Source of the DNA: an uncultured Spirochaetales bacterium | GTDB lineage: Bacteria; Spirochaetota; Spirochaetia; Treponematales; JBGSOB01 | DNA length: 64,000 nt | Direction of reading: 5' to 3' | Assembly (NCBI GenBank): GCA_964399285.1 | Contig: CAYNQK010000004.1 | Span: 7,651-71,650, forward strand | Shown: positions 54,191-64,000 of the stretch, piece by piece | How the letters are laid out: every line of letters starts with the position of its first letter | How positions within the stretch are numbered: the first letter of the stretch is position 1 | Position numbers and translations under genes: made by a program | Notes under the pieces: model-generated | Databases searched by the model: none | Told to the model about the DNA's origin: nothing | The model's input: only the letters and a program-made list of their open reading frames with translations

Positions 54191-54505
54191 ATGTACGCGC
54201 TCATTGAGTTCAAGGGAAAGCAATACAAGGCCGAGAAAGGCTCCCTCCTCACGGTCGACAGGCTCGAAGGGGAGAAAGGGACCAGCGTCGACATCGCTTC
54301 GGTCCTCCTCGTATCCGATGGGGACAAGGTGAAGGTCGGCTCGCCCTACGTGGCGGGCGCCTCCGTAAAGGCCGTCGTCGAGGACCACGTGAAGGGCGAG
54401 AAGATCACGGTCTTCAAGTACATCCCCAAGAAGGACAACCGCCGGACCCACGGCCATAGGCAGTCGTACACCACGATCAGGGTCCAGGACATCCTGGGGG
54501 CCTGA
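54191..54505 (+). CDS. rplU: 50S ribosomal protein L21
   Basis: MYALIEFKGKQYKAEKGS... is a canonical L21 sequence. Confidence 0.95.
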   Translation: MYALIEFKGKQYKAEKGSLLTVDRLEGEKGTSVDIASVLLVSDGDKVKVGSPYVAGASVKAVVEDHVKGEKITVFKYIPKKDNRRTHGHRQSYTTIRVQDILGA

Positions 54506-54510
54506 GCCCC

Positions 54511-54861
54511 GTGGTGGAAGCCCTGCTCGTCGCGGACTCGGGCGGAAGGATCAGGTCCTTCCGCGGAAGGGGTCACGCGGGGCGGGGAGCGCCCGGCTCG
54601 GATCCCGCTTGCGCCGCCTTCAGCCTCCTCGCGAGGACGGCATGGGAGGCGCTCGACGGGATAGAAGGCGTGGCCGTGAAAGGCGACGCCGGAGCTCCGG
54701 GCGAGCTCTCGTTCACCGTGACGTCCTGCGCCGAGGCGGCGCTGGACCGAGTGGCGGGGCTCACGGACTTTTTCCGCGCCGGGCTCCTGAGCCTCGAGCG
54801 CGATTTTCCCGGATCGTTCCGGATCATGGTTCAGAAGGAAGGAAGGGACCGAAATGGCTAA
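54511..54861 (+). CDS. prp: Ribosomal-processing cysteine protease Prp homolog (DUF464)
   Basis: Located between rplU and rpmA. The catalytic-dyad context [18 protein letters not shown] parallels S. aureus GHADHGEYGHDIVCAGAS. GTG start. Confidence 0.7.
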   Translation: MVEALLVADSGGRIRSFRGRGHAGRGAPGSDPACAAFSLLARTAWEALDGIEGVAVKGDAGAPGELSFTVTSCAEAALDRVAGLTDFFRAGLLSLERDFPGSFRIMVQKEGRDRNG

Positions 54862-55102
54862 AGGCGGCAAGGCTTGTAACGGCAGGGACTCCAATCCCCA
54901 ATATCTCGGCATGAAGGTCGCGGGCGGCGAGATCGTTCCGGCCGGCTCCATCATCATCCGCCAGCGCGGCACCAGGATCCACGCCGGCGAGAACGTGGGC
55001 GTGGGCAAGGACGACACCCTCTACGCCAAGGCGACGGGCAAGGTCGTCTTCAAGGAATACCGCGGCCGGAAATACGCCGGCATCGAGGCGGTCGAGGCAT
55101 AA
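54854..55102 (+). CDS. rpmA: 50S ribosomal protein L27 (no N-terminal pro-extension)
   Basis: [21 protein letters not shown]...[17 protein letters not shown]. The in-frame upstream region back to the stop at 54788 contains no ATG, GTG or TTG. Confidence 0.95.
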   Translation: MAKGGKACNGRDSNPQYLGMKVAGGEIVPAGSIIIRQRGTRIHAGENVGVGKDDTLYAKATGKVVFKEYRGRKYAGIEAVEA

Positions 55103-56804
<1,702 letters not shown>

Positions 56805-56808
<4 letters not shown>

Positions 56809-57989
56809 GACGGATTAAGCTGGACAAGTCGATCCTCTTCCTCGTGATCATCATCGCGGTGGCGGCCGCCGTCGCGGTATCGGCCTTCCTCTTCCTCAAG
56901 ACGGACGAGGTGAAGTCCGCTCTCGAGAACGACCAGATCCTCAAGATGCTCTTCATCGTCGAGGACGGGGGGAAACCCCTCTCCACCTTCGCCTTCTTCT
57001 ATTATCCCCCGACGAAGAGGGCCGCGCTCTTCGACATCCCGGCGGAGACGGGCCTCATCATCCCCTCGCTCAAGAAGGTGGCTGGCGTCGGGATCCTGTT
57101 CAAGCCGTCCAATCCCGCTCCGTACCGCGACGAGGTCTCGCGCCTCCTCTCCACGGAAATCCCGCTGTACTTCGTACTGCCCGTGGACGGCCTCGCCGAG
57201 ATCGTCGACCTCATCGACGGGGTGGAACTCTTCATACCGAATCCCGTCGAGACCGAGATCGACGGGCGAAAGGCGCTCTTCCCCCAGGGCTCGCGCCTCT
57301 TCGACGGGGACAAGCTCAGGGACTACTTCAGGTACGAGGACCCGGACGAGACAGAGGGCGAGCCCACGGCGCGCAGGCAGAAGGCCTTCATTTCCCTCCT
57401 CAAGCGCCTCTCGGAGCGGTCGGACTACGTCTCCGACGACGCCGTCCTCGGGCAGTTCCGCTCGAGGATCCGCACCAACGCATCCGAGGCCGCCATGAAG
57501 CGGCTATTCCGCTCCCTCGACGGACTCGACGCCGAGCGAATCGTTCCCTCGCGCGTGCAGGGAGCGGTCCGCGAGGTGGAAGGGGAGAAGCTCCTCTTCC
57601 CGCACTACGACGGGGAACTCCTCAAGGACATCGTGAGGCAGAATCTCAACGCGCTCGCCAACGCGGGCGGAACGGGCGGGGGCGAACGCATCTTCACCCT
57701 CGAGATCCTCAACGGGACCGCGATCAAGGGCCTCGCCAAGCGCGCGGCCTCCCTCTACGAGAGCTTCGGCTACGAAGTGCTCCGCTACGGCAACGCCGAG
57801 GCAGAGGACACGGAGAAGACGGCTCTCGTGGACCGCTTCGGCGACGAGGCGGCGGCGAAGGACGTCGCCCAGGTAATCCGCTGCGGAATCATCTCGAAGC
57901 CCGGGCCCGGCGACGCCGCGCCCGAAGGCGGCGCGGATTTCGTCATTCTGATAGGGAAGGACTTCAATGGCCGATATTGCGTCGAATGA
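56805..57989 (+). CDS. LytR/CpsA/Psr (LCP) family protein with LytR_C domain
   Basis: N-terminal TM and LCP-like core. The C-terminal segment LEILNGTAIKGLAKRAASLYESFGYEV is typical of LytR_C. The GTG start overlaps the nadD stop (GTGA). Confidence 0.75.
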
Positions 57990-58371
57990 TTCAGGCCGCG
58001 CGAGGGCCGGGCGGATCGAGGAGGAGGCCGTCGCCATCGCTCGCCTCCTCGAGGAGCACAAGGGCCGGGACGCCGTGGCGCTGGACCTGCGCGGCCTCAA
58101 TTCCTGGACGGATTTCTTCGTCATCGCCACGGCGACGAGCTCCACGCACCTCAAGGGCCTCATGAGGCACGTGAAGGAGCGGGTCAGGGAGCTGGGCATC
58201 GAGGTTCTCCACGGCCATTCCGCCATCGATGACGACGAATGGAGCTTCATGGACCTGGGAGACGTCGTCGTGCACGTCATGTCCGAGAGCGCCCGATCCT
58301 TCTACGAACTCGAGCGGCTCTGGCACCAGGCGAGGGTTCCATACCGGGGCGGCTCCACCCCCTCCACATGA
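57967..58371 (+). CDS. rsfS: Ribosome silencing factor RsfS
   Basis: Motifs WTDFFVIATATSSTHLKG, W.FMDLGDVVVHVM and FYELERLW. Confidence 0.9.
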   Translation: MADIASNDSGRARAGRIEEEAVAIARLLEEHKGRDAVALDLRGLNSWTDFFVIATATSSTHLKGLMRHVKERVRELGIEVLHGHSAIDDDEWSFMDLGDVVVHVMSESARSFYELERLWHQARVPYRGGSTPST

Positions 58372-58399
58372 AAAAAAAGACCCCCGCGGCAGCGGGGGT
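58370..58399 (-). terminator. Rho-independent terminator of the acidic-protein gene
   Basis: Minus strand reads GACCCCCGC-TGCC-GCGGGGGTC followed by T8. The T-run abuts the rsfS stop codon. Confidence 0.6.
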
Positions 58400-58432
58400 C
58401 CACTAAACGGGGCGGCTCGCGGCCGCCCGCGC

Positions 58433-58804
58433 TCATTCGTCGAAATCCTCGTAGTCGAGGTCGTCGTCGTATTCGAACTCGTCGTCGTCCTCGTCGCCTT
58501 CCTCTTCCTCGTCCTCTTCGTCTTCCTCGTCGAAATCGTCATCGTCGAAGGACTCGTCCTCATCGTCGTCGAAGGCGTCGTCCTCGTCGGCGTCCTCCTC
58601 GTCCTCATCCTCGTCCTCGTCCGCATCGTCGAAATCGTCGTCCTCGACGTCCTCGTAGTCGTCATCCTCCTCGAAATCGTCGTCGTCGAAGTCGTCCCCC
58701 ATGAGATATGCGGGAAAAGCCCCGACGGGTTCGTCGGCGCCCGCGGAAAGGAGCAGCAATCCGTCGGCCGATTCATCGATGCGTTCGTGGTTAAGCGGGA
58801 TCAT
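58433..58804 (-). CDS. Extremely acidic protein (36-aa N-terminal segment plus 87-aa Asp/Glu tail)
   Basis: AAGGAGGGGAGACGGA-ATG SD. 69 of the last 87 residues are D/E, and 10 of the other 18 are Phe/Tyr. It has its own terminator. Confidence 0.6.
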   Translation of the reverse strand: MIPLNHERIDESADGLLLLSAGADEPVGAFPAYLMGDDFDDDDFEEDDDYEDVEDDDFDDADEDEDEDEEDADEDDAFDDDEDESFDDDDFDEEDEEDEEEEGDEDDDEFEYDDDLDYEDFDE

Positions 58805-58932
58805 TCCGTCTCCCCTCCTTGAAATAGAGCCCCCGGAGGCCCCCGGGCGACCCTCCCGCGCCCGGGGGGGCGTCAGGACATCGCAAATCTAAAAGAGACT
58901 TCGGAGGTCTGTCAACTGAATTCTCTCCTTTT

Positions 58933-59403
58933 TTACGATTTCCGCGTAGAGACCGAAATGAGGAATTCAGCCACGCCCGCGTCCACCTTCCAGGTCTGCC
59001 TATCGGCGAGGTGGGGCACCGCGGCCCTGACGTTGGAACCGGTGACGACGGTCGGAGGCGTGATGGCGCAGTCCACCCCGTGCCTCGCGAGCGTGTTCAC
59101 CGCTCGTCCGGCGAGCTGGTTGGCGAGCTCGGCGGCGGTTTCGCGGAGAAAGGAGCCGTCTCCCTCCCCGATCGATATCCCGGAATGGCTCGTCATGCGG
59201 CGGGCCACGGAGGCGAGGGCCGAACCGATGAATCGGAGGGTGAGGAAGCCCGATAAGCCGCCGGCGAGCCCCACGGTGCAGAGTATATCGGCGCCGATTC
59301 CGTCCTCGTCCCCGGAGGGCACGACCACGGCGCCGGGAAACCCCGATTCCAGCAGGACCTCGCCGAACGCCGAGCCGAAGGCGGCTCTCTTGTCGTCTTC
59401 CAT
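58933..59403 (-). CDS. cheX: Chemotaxis protein CheX
   Basis: CheC/CheX-fold motifs (GLAGGLSGFLTLRF, ELANQLAGRA, ITPPTVVTG). Start ATG 59403 is preceded by TTGCTT-N17-CATAGT-N6. Confidence 0.8.
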   Translation of the reverse strand: MEDDKRAAFGSAFGEVLLESGFPGAVVVPSGDEDGIGADILCTVGLAGGLSGFLTLRFIGSALASVARRMTSHSGISIGEGDGSFLRETAAELANQLAGRAVNTLARHGVDCAITPPTVVTGSNVRAAVPHLADRQTWKVDAGVAEFLISVSTRKS

Positions 59404-59409
59404 GCGATC

Positions 59410-59438
59410 ACTATGAGGCATGGCGGGCGCGAAAGCAA
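59410..59438 (-). promoter_or_regulatory. cheX promoter candidate (leaderless-type)
   Basis: Minus strand reads TTGCTT, a 17-nt spacer, CATAGT, 6 nt, then ATG 59403. Confidence 0.35.
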
Positions 59439-59465
59439 GGGGATGCGGCAGGCGATCCCGCCGTC

Positions 59466-59495
59466 TTGAATCTATCCGCCCGCGGGGCATATAGT
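59466..59495 (+). promoter_or_regulatory. nadC promoter candidate (leaderless-type)
   Basis: TTGAAT, an 18-nt spacer, TATAGT, 6 nt (CGGTCC), then ATG 59502. Confidence 0.4.
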
Positions 59496-59501
59496 CGGTC
59501 C

Positions 59502-60362
59502 ATGGACGCGGACAACTTCGATACACTCCTCAGGCTGGCCCTGGAGGAGGACCTGGGAGAGCGGGGCGACGCTACGAGCAAGGCTATTTTCGCTCCGGGC
59601 GACTCGTGCGAGGCCGTCCTGGTTTCCAAGGATTCGGGCATCCTCTGCGGCGCGGAGCTCTTCTCGAGGGTCTTCGAGCGGATCGACCCGTCCATCGAGC
59701 GCGTCCTCCTCAAGAAGGACGGGGACGCGCTCTCCCCCGGCGACGTGGTCGCGCGCTTAAGGGGCTGCACCATCGGCATCCTGGAAGGCGAACGCACAGC
59801 CATCAATTTCATCGCCTTCCTCTCGGGCATCGCCACCAGGGCGAACAGGATGCAGGCGATCGCCGCCGCCTCGGGCAGGGCCGTCGTCATCGACACGCGC
59901 AAGACTGTCCCGGGATACCGCGCCCTCTCGAAGTACGCCGTGAGGACGGGCGGCGCGGGGAACCACCGTATGGGGCTCCACGACATGGTCCTCATAAAGG
60001 ACAACCACCAGGACGCCTCGGGCGGGATCGCCGAGGCGGTCAGGAGGGCCCGCTCGGCGTGGGGTTCGTCCCTGGCGGTGGAGGTCGAGGCGAGGAGCGT
60101 CGACGACGTCCGCGTCGCGCTCGGACTCGACGTCGATTGGATCATGCTCGACAACATGGACGAGAAGGCATGCGCGGCCGCGCTAGCGCTTCCTCGGCCG
60201 CCGCGGAATCCCCCCGTGATCTTCGAGGCATCGGGGAACATGGACGAGGACCGCGTAGGCCGCTATTCAGCGCTTGGCGTGGACAGGATATCAGTCGGCG
60301 CGCTCACGCATTCCGTGCGCGCCTTCGACTTCTCCCTTAGGATCGCGGGAGGCCGGAAATGA
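59502..60362 (+). CDS. nadC: Nicotinate-nucleotide pyrophosphorylase (quinolinate phosphoribosyltransferase)
   Basis: Motifs LALEEDLGERGD, IDTRKTVPGYR, MLDNM and ASGN. Confidence 0.9.
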   Translation: MDADNFDTLLRLALEEDLGERGDATSKAIFAPGDSCEAVLVSKDSGILCGAELFSRVFERIDPSIERVLLKKDGDALSPGDVVARLRGCTIGILEGERTAINFIAFLSGIATRANRMQAIAAASGRAVVIDTRKTVPGYRALSKYAVRTGGAGNHRMGLHDMVLIKDNHQDASGGIAEAVRRARSAWGSSLAVEVEARSVDDVRVALGLDVDWIMLDNMDEKACAAALALPRPPRNPPVIFEASGNMDEDRVGRYSALGVDRISVGALTHSVRAFDFSLRIAGGRK

Positions 60363-61942
60363 ACGCCAAGGCCGAGAGCTTCGACGTCCTCGTCATCGGC
60401 TCCGGGATCGCGGGCCTGTCGGCGGCCATCCGCGCCGCCGAAGGCGGTTGCCGCGTCGCCGTCATAACCAAGGAAGCTTCCTTCTCCGAATGCAATACGC
60501 ATTACGCCCAAGGGGGCATCGTCGCCGAGGGGGAGGACGATTCCGTCGAGCTCCTCTCCGAGGACATATCCAGGGCGGGCGCGTACCTCAACAACTCCGA
60601 GGCCGTGAGGATCGTGGCCGAGGAGGGGCCCGTCGCCGTGCGCGAATTCCTCATCGACAAGGTCCGCGTCCCCTTCTGCCCCGGCGGCGACGGAAAGCCG
60701 GACCTCACGCGCGAGGCGGCGCACTCCGTGAGGCGCATTCTCCACGTGAAGGATCGGACGGGCGCGGCGATCGAGGACAGGGTCCTCGAATACGCGAAGG
60801 GCGTTCCCGGGATATCCTTCTTCTCCTCCTCCGCCGCCATCGACGTCATCACCAATACGCATCATTCCATGGACGTCGAGCAGCGCTACGCTCCAAAGCG
60901 CGCCCTCGGCGCTTACGTCTACAACGAGAACACCGGAGAGGTCATACCCTTCCTGGCGCGATCGACCATCCTCGCCACCGGAGGAGCGGGCAACCTCTAC
61001 CTCCACACCTCCAATCCCCCGGGCGCAACGGGAGACGGCATCGCCATGGCTTACCGCGCGGGCGCCGAGATCGTCAACGCCGAATTCATCCAGTTCCACC
61101 CGACGGTGCTCTTCCATCGGGACATAAAGCGCTTCCTCATCAGCGAGTCCATGAGGGGGGAAGGCGCCCGCCTCATGAACCGCGCGGGCGAGTACTTCAT
61201 GGAGCGCTACCAACCGGGGCTCAAGGACCTCGCCCCGCGCGACCAGGTCGCGCGCGCCATCTATCTCGAGATGGAATCCACGGACTCGAGCTACGTCTTC
61301 CTGGACACCTCGGAGATGAAGGTCGACCTCGCCGAGCGCTTCCCCTCTATCCACGAGACCTGCCTCAAGGGCGGGATCGACATAAGCAAGGAGCCCATTC
61401 CCGTCGTTCCCGCCGCCCACTACTTCTGCGGGGGCGTGAAGACGGACATGCGCGGCGAGACCGCCGTCCGCGGGCTCTACGCGGTGGGCGAGACGGCCTG
61501 CACCGGGGTACACGGCGCGAACCGCCTCGCGTCGGTCTCGTTGCTCGAGGGCCTCGTGTTCGGCCTCCGGGCGGGAGCGCGCGCCGCGGCGGAGGACGAG
61601 AGCCCCTCGGCCGCCCTCCAGAGGTCCATTCCCGACTGGGTCTTTCCCGCCGACGAGGAGGGCGCGGACCCCATCCTCATCGCCCACGACCTCCAGAACA
61701 TCCAGACGACGATGTGGGACTACGCCGGCATCATCAGGACGAAGAAGCGCCTCCAGCGCGCGATCGCGGACCTCAATTACCTCGATCACCGCATCGAGAG
61801 CTTCTACCGATCGGCGAGGCTCTCCCGGAGGCTGCTCGAGCTCCGCAACGCCGTCATAACGGCTTCCCTCATCGCGAGGGCCGCCCAGGCCAATCCGGTA
61901 TCGGTCGGCTGCCATTACGTGCGGCCGGGCGGCGGGGTTTGA
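60359..61942 (+). CDS. nadB: L-aspartate oxidase
   Basis: FAD motifs DVLVIGSGIAGL, TNPPGATGDGIAMAYRAG and GANRLASVSLLEGLVFG. ATGA overlap with nadC. Confidence 0.95.
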   Translation: MNAKAESFDVLVIGSGIAGLSAAIRAAEGGCRVAVITKEASFSECNTHYAQGGIVAEGEDDSVELLSEDISRAGAYLNNSEAVRIVAEEGPVAVREFLIDKVRVPFCPGGDGKPDLTREAAHSVRRILHVKDRTGAAIEDRVLEYAKGVPGISFFSSSAAIDVITNTHHSMDVEQRYAPKRALGAYVYNENTGEVIPFLARSTILATGGAGNLYLHTSNPPGATGDGIAMAYRAGAEIVNAEFIQFHPTVLFHRDIKRFLISESMRGEGARLMNRAGEYFMERYQPGLKDLAPRDQVARAIYLEMESTDSSYVFLDTSEMKVDLAERFPSIHETCLKGGIDISKEPIPVVPAAHYFCGGVKTDMRGETAVRGLYAVGETACTGVHGANRLASVSLLEGLVFGLRAGARAAAEDESPSAALQRSIPDWVFPADEEGADPILIAHDLQNIQTTMWDYAGIIRTKKRLQRAIADLNYLDHRIESFYRSARLSRRLLELRNAVITASLIARAAQANPVSVGCHYVRPGGGV

Positions 61943-62862
61943 CACTGAAAGCCCCTTCGAGCTATCATCCATCGCCCGCTTCCCGGACCGCGAGGGCCTT
62001 CGCTCCGGCGAAGCTCAACCTCCACCTGGAGGTAGGGGAGCGGCGTCCGGACGGATTCCACGGCATCCGATCCCTCTTCCAAGCCATTTCCCTCGGGGAT
62101 AGCCTGGAAATAGCCGCGGACGGACGCGAGGGCGTTTCCATCGAGGGGGACTTCGGTTTCCCCGCGGAGGAGAACATCATCCACCGCGCCTGCCTTCGAT
62201 TCTTCGAGGCGGCGGGCGGCTCCTTCGGCGTCGCGGTGCGGGTCGAGAAGCGCATCCCCATGGGAGGCGGGCTCGGCGGGGGATCGAGCGACGCGGTCGC
62301 CGTCCTGCGCTGCCTGAACGAGCTTTCAGGAAGGCCGCTCGCTCCCGAGGCCCTGTCGCGGATAGCCTCGGGACTCGGTAGCGACCTGCCCTTTTTCCTC
62401 GGCGGCCCCTGCGCGTGGGTCGAAGGAAGGGGCGAGCGGATCTTCCCCGTGGAGGCGCGCGGGGACCTGCGTTGCGTCATCGTGGAACCGGGCTTCCCCG
62501 TGGGGACGGCCTGGGCCTACGCGGCGCTCGACGGAAGCCGGAAAGGCGGCGCCGTCATCGCCTCCGCGATCGGGATGGAGGAGGCCGCGAGGAGCTACGC
62601 GGGAGATCCGCGCTCCTGGCCCTTCCTCAATTCCTTCGAGGAGGTCGTGTTCAGCGCGAATCCCGAACTGCGCCGGATAAAGGAAGCGCTGCTCGGGGAA
62701 GGGGCCCTCGCCGCCGGAATGAGCGGATCGGGCTCCTCGATGTACGGGATTTTCATGGATGGGGAGGAATCCGAGCGGGCGGCCGAGCGCTTGGAGGCGG
62801 CCGGGCGCAAGGCCCGATCGGCCTTTTTGCTTGCGCGCGGACAGGATGTCATAGTAGAATGA
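61939..62862 (+). CDS. ispE: 4-diphosphocytidyl-2-C-methyl-D-erythritol kinase
   Basis: Motifs APAKLNLHLEV and KRIPMGGGLGGGSSDAVAVL. The only in-frame start upstream of these is TTG 61939, which overlaps the nadB stop (TTGA), so the start is less certain. Confidence 0.8.
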   Translation: MTLKAPSSYHPSPASRTARAFAPAKLNLHLEVGERRPDGFHGIRSLFQAISLGDSLEIAADGREGVSIEGDFGFPAEENIIHRACLRFFEAAGGSFGVAVRVEKRIPMGGGLGGGSSDAVAVLRCLNELSGRPLAPEALSRIASGLGSDLPFFLGGPCAWVEGRGERIFPVEARGDLRCVIVEPGFPVGTAWAYAALDGSRKGGAVIASAIGMEEAARSYAGDPRSWPFLNSFEEVVFSANPELRRIKEALLGEGALAAGMSGSGSSMYGIFMDGEESERAAERLEAAGRKARSAFLLARGQDVIVE

Positions 62863-62898
62863 AGGGTGATCGCGCTGCATCGGCGGAAGGAGAGCCTG

Positions 62899-63180
62899 AT
62901 GGAGATCACCGACATCCGCATCAGAAAGGTCTCGAGCGAGGGCAAGCTCAAGGCGTACGTGACCGTCACCTTCGATCAATGCTTCGTCATCCATAACGTG
63001 AAGATCATCGAGGGCAAGACGGGCGTGTTCATCGCCATGCCCTCCAGGAAGACCCGGACCGGGGAGTACAAGGATGTCGCCCATCCGATCACCCCGGAGT
63101 TCCGAGGCCGCCTCCAGGACAAGATCCTGGCGGCGTACGACAACGGGAACGTGCAGGACTCTCCCGACGTGGAGATTTGA
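62899..63180 (+). CDS. spoVG: Septation/regulatory protein SpoVG
   Basis: MEITDIRIRKV...LKAYVTVTFDQCFVIHNVKIIEG..GVFIAMPSRK. An AAGGAG SD precedes ATG 62899. Confidence 0.9.
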   Translation: MEITDIRIRKVSSEGKLKAYVTVTFDQCFVIHNVKIIEGKTGVFIAMPSRKTRTGEYKDVAHPITPEFRGRLQDKILAAYDNGNVQDSPDVEI

Positions 63181-63196
63181 CTGCTTCCATATACGA

Positions 63197-63268
63197 TGGG
63201 ACGTCGGCAAGTGGTAAGCCCCCGGGTTTTGGTTCCGGTATTCGCAGGTTCGAATCCTGCCGTCCCAG
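63197..63268 (+). tRNA. tRNA-Gln (anticodon UUG)
   Basis: Cloverleaf: acceptor TGGGACG/CGTCCCA (a U1-A72 pair, as in E. coli tRNA-Gln), anticodon arm CCGGG-TTTTGGT-TCCGG, and T-arm GCAGG-TTCGAAT-CCTGC. CCA is not encoded. Confidence 0.85.
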
Positions 63269-63311
63269 GGAAACCGCGCTTCGCCGCGCGACGCTAGAAG
63301 GAGAGGCTCGT

Positions 63312-64000
63312 ATGGGTAATAGGACATTCAGCGCATCGGTCCGCGCCGAGAGGGGCAAGGGTCCGATCGGAAGGCTCAGGAAGAGCGGGCGCATCCCCGC
63401 CGTCATCTACGGCGGCTCGGGGGAGCCCAAGGCGATATCGCTCGACGAGAAGGAGTACGTGAAGGAGCACCACGGCCTCACGGAATCCACCATCGTCACG
63501 CTCAAGATCGACGGCGCCGAGCACACGGTCGTCGTGAAGGACGCTCAGTCCGACATCCTCTCGGGGAAAGTCCTCCACGTGGACTTCTACGAGGTGGAGA
63601 AGGGCAAGACGCTCCGCGCCCGCGTGTCCTGCCGCCTCGTCGGGACTCCCGAGGGCGTCCGCATGGGCGGCGTGCTCGAGAATCCGACCCACTACGTGGA
63701 CGTCGAGTGCGATCCGACCGTCCTCCCCGAGCGCATCGACGTGGACGTCTCGAAGCTCCAGCCCAACCAGTCCATCCACGTCCGCGACCTCAAGATCGAC
63801 GAGCGCGTGAAGGTCTTGAGCTCCCAGGACACGGTCATCGCCCTCGTGAAGTACATGAAGGAAGAGGCCGTCGCTCCCGCCGCCGCGGAAGCGGTCGCTG
63901 CCACTGCGGCAGCTCCCGGCGCTCCCGCCGCGGACGCGGGCGCCGCGAAGGCAGAACCCGCCAAGGCGGAAGCCAAGCCGGAAGCCAAGGCCAAGGCGTA
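63312..64000 (+). CDS. rplY: 50S ribosomal protein L25 / general stress protein Ctc, 3'-partial
   Basis: Motifs RLRKSGRIPAVIYG and ILSGKVLHVDFYEV, with an Ala/Pro/Lys-rich tail. The ORF runs off the window end, so it is absent from the ORF track. GAAGGAGAGG SD. Confidence 0.9.
   Translation, partial: MGNRTFSASVRAERGKGPIGRLRKSGRIPAVIYGGSGEPKAISLDEKEYVKEHHGLTESTIVTLKIDGAEHTVVVKDAQSDILSGKVLHVDFYEVEKGKTLRARVSCRLVGTPEGVRMGGVLENPTHYVDVECDPTVLPERIDVDVSKLQPNQSIHVRDLKIDERVKVLSSQDTVIALVKYMKEEAVAPAAAEAVAATAAAPGAPAADAGAAKAEPAKAEAKPEAKAKA

Noticed and set aside
58436-58700. GAY/GAR-rich DNA of the acidic tail as a tandem DNA repeat or satellite
   Set aside because: There is no exact repeating unit. The periodicity is just codon-level (Asp/Glu codons) within an intact ORF.
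60263-61972. 569-aa minus-strand ORF and the 862-aa plus-strand ORF (60274-62862) overlapping nadB
   Set aside because: NadB (60359-61942) carries the FAD and oxidase motifs. The 862-aa frame is meaningful only from 61939 (IspE). The minus ORF is a GC-rich antisense frame.

Overview
This is a GC-rich, densely coding chromosomal segment; only a few intergenic islands are AT-rich. I call about 60 protein genes and one tRNA (Gln-UUG). There is no rRNA, transposase, integrase, phage gene or cas gene. All domain calls come from motif recognition by eye, since no HMM or BLAST search could be run. Gene content suggests a high-GC spirochaete, but taxonomy is unverified: a FabV/Ter enoyl reductase whose N-terminus closely resembles Treponema denticola Ter, cheX, a fliL-like gene, spoVG-tRNA-ctc, and rplU-prp-rpmA-obg-nadD-LCP-rsfS.

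Layout, in order:
- rnz (5' partial)
- GldA/F/G-like ABC-2 operon plus a DUF4340-like gene
- a minus-strand pair of cNMP-binding GGDEF genes
- a 1037-aa lipoprotein with a glycosidase-like core
- rsgA
- a 7.8-kb minus-strand lipid operon (fabH-fabF-fabZ-fabV-accB-accC-accD-accA-acpP) preceded by a TetR gene and a membrane GGDEF-like gene
- a LiaF-like gene and a DUF2147-like gene
- a second cNMP-GGDEF pair plus a DUF4139-like secreted protein
- an efflux operon (adaptor, ATPase, permease, TolC) fused to a histidine kinase and an NtrC-type regulator, behind a sigma-54-like promoter
- uvrB
- argA-rocF-dus
- a PilZ-like gene and a small membrane protein
- recQ, a Memo-like gene, murD and an upstream hypothetical, a FecR-domain protein, ppiB, a fliL-like gene
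- a repeat-rich intergenic island
- ligA, two paralogous membrane hypotheticals, DUF167
- the rplU cluster
- a very acidic protein, cheX
- nadC-nadB-ispE, spoVG, tRNA-Gln, rplY (3' partial)

Most interesting observations:
1. A twice-occurring, GTGA-coupled two-gene module: cNMP-binding plus catalytically dead GGDEF, followed by cNMP-binding plus intact GGDEF. One copy carries a complete DHH/DHHA1 phosphoesterase fused to the GGDEF domain.
2. A self-contained sigma-54/NtrC-controlled MacAB-TolC-type operon.
3. A recurrent -10-like hexamer 6-9 nt upstream of the start codon, with no Shine-Dalgarno, at nine operon-leading genes. This suggests leaderless mRNAs.
4. A Prp protease gene with an intact His/Cys dyad next to an L27 gene that cannot encode the cleavable N-terminal extension.
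5. An intergenic island at 50028-50302 with 28-nt direct repeats at a 57-nt period plus a 30-bp inverted repeat.
6. A 123-aa protein whose last 87 residues include 69 Asp/Glu.

Many long ORFs in the supplied track are antisense or out-of-frame artefacts of the high GC content and were rejected.
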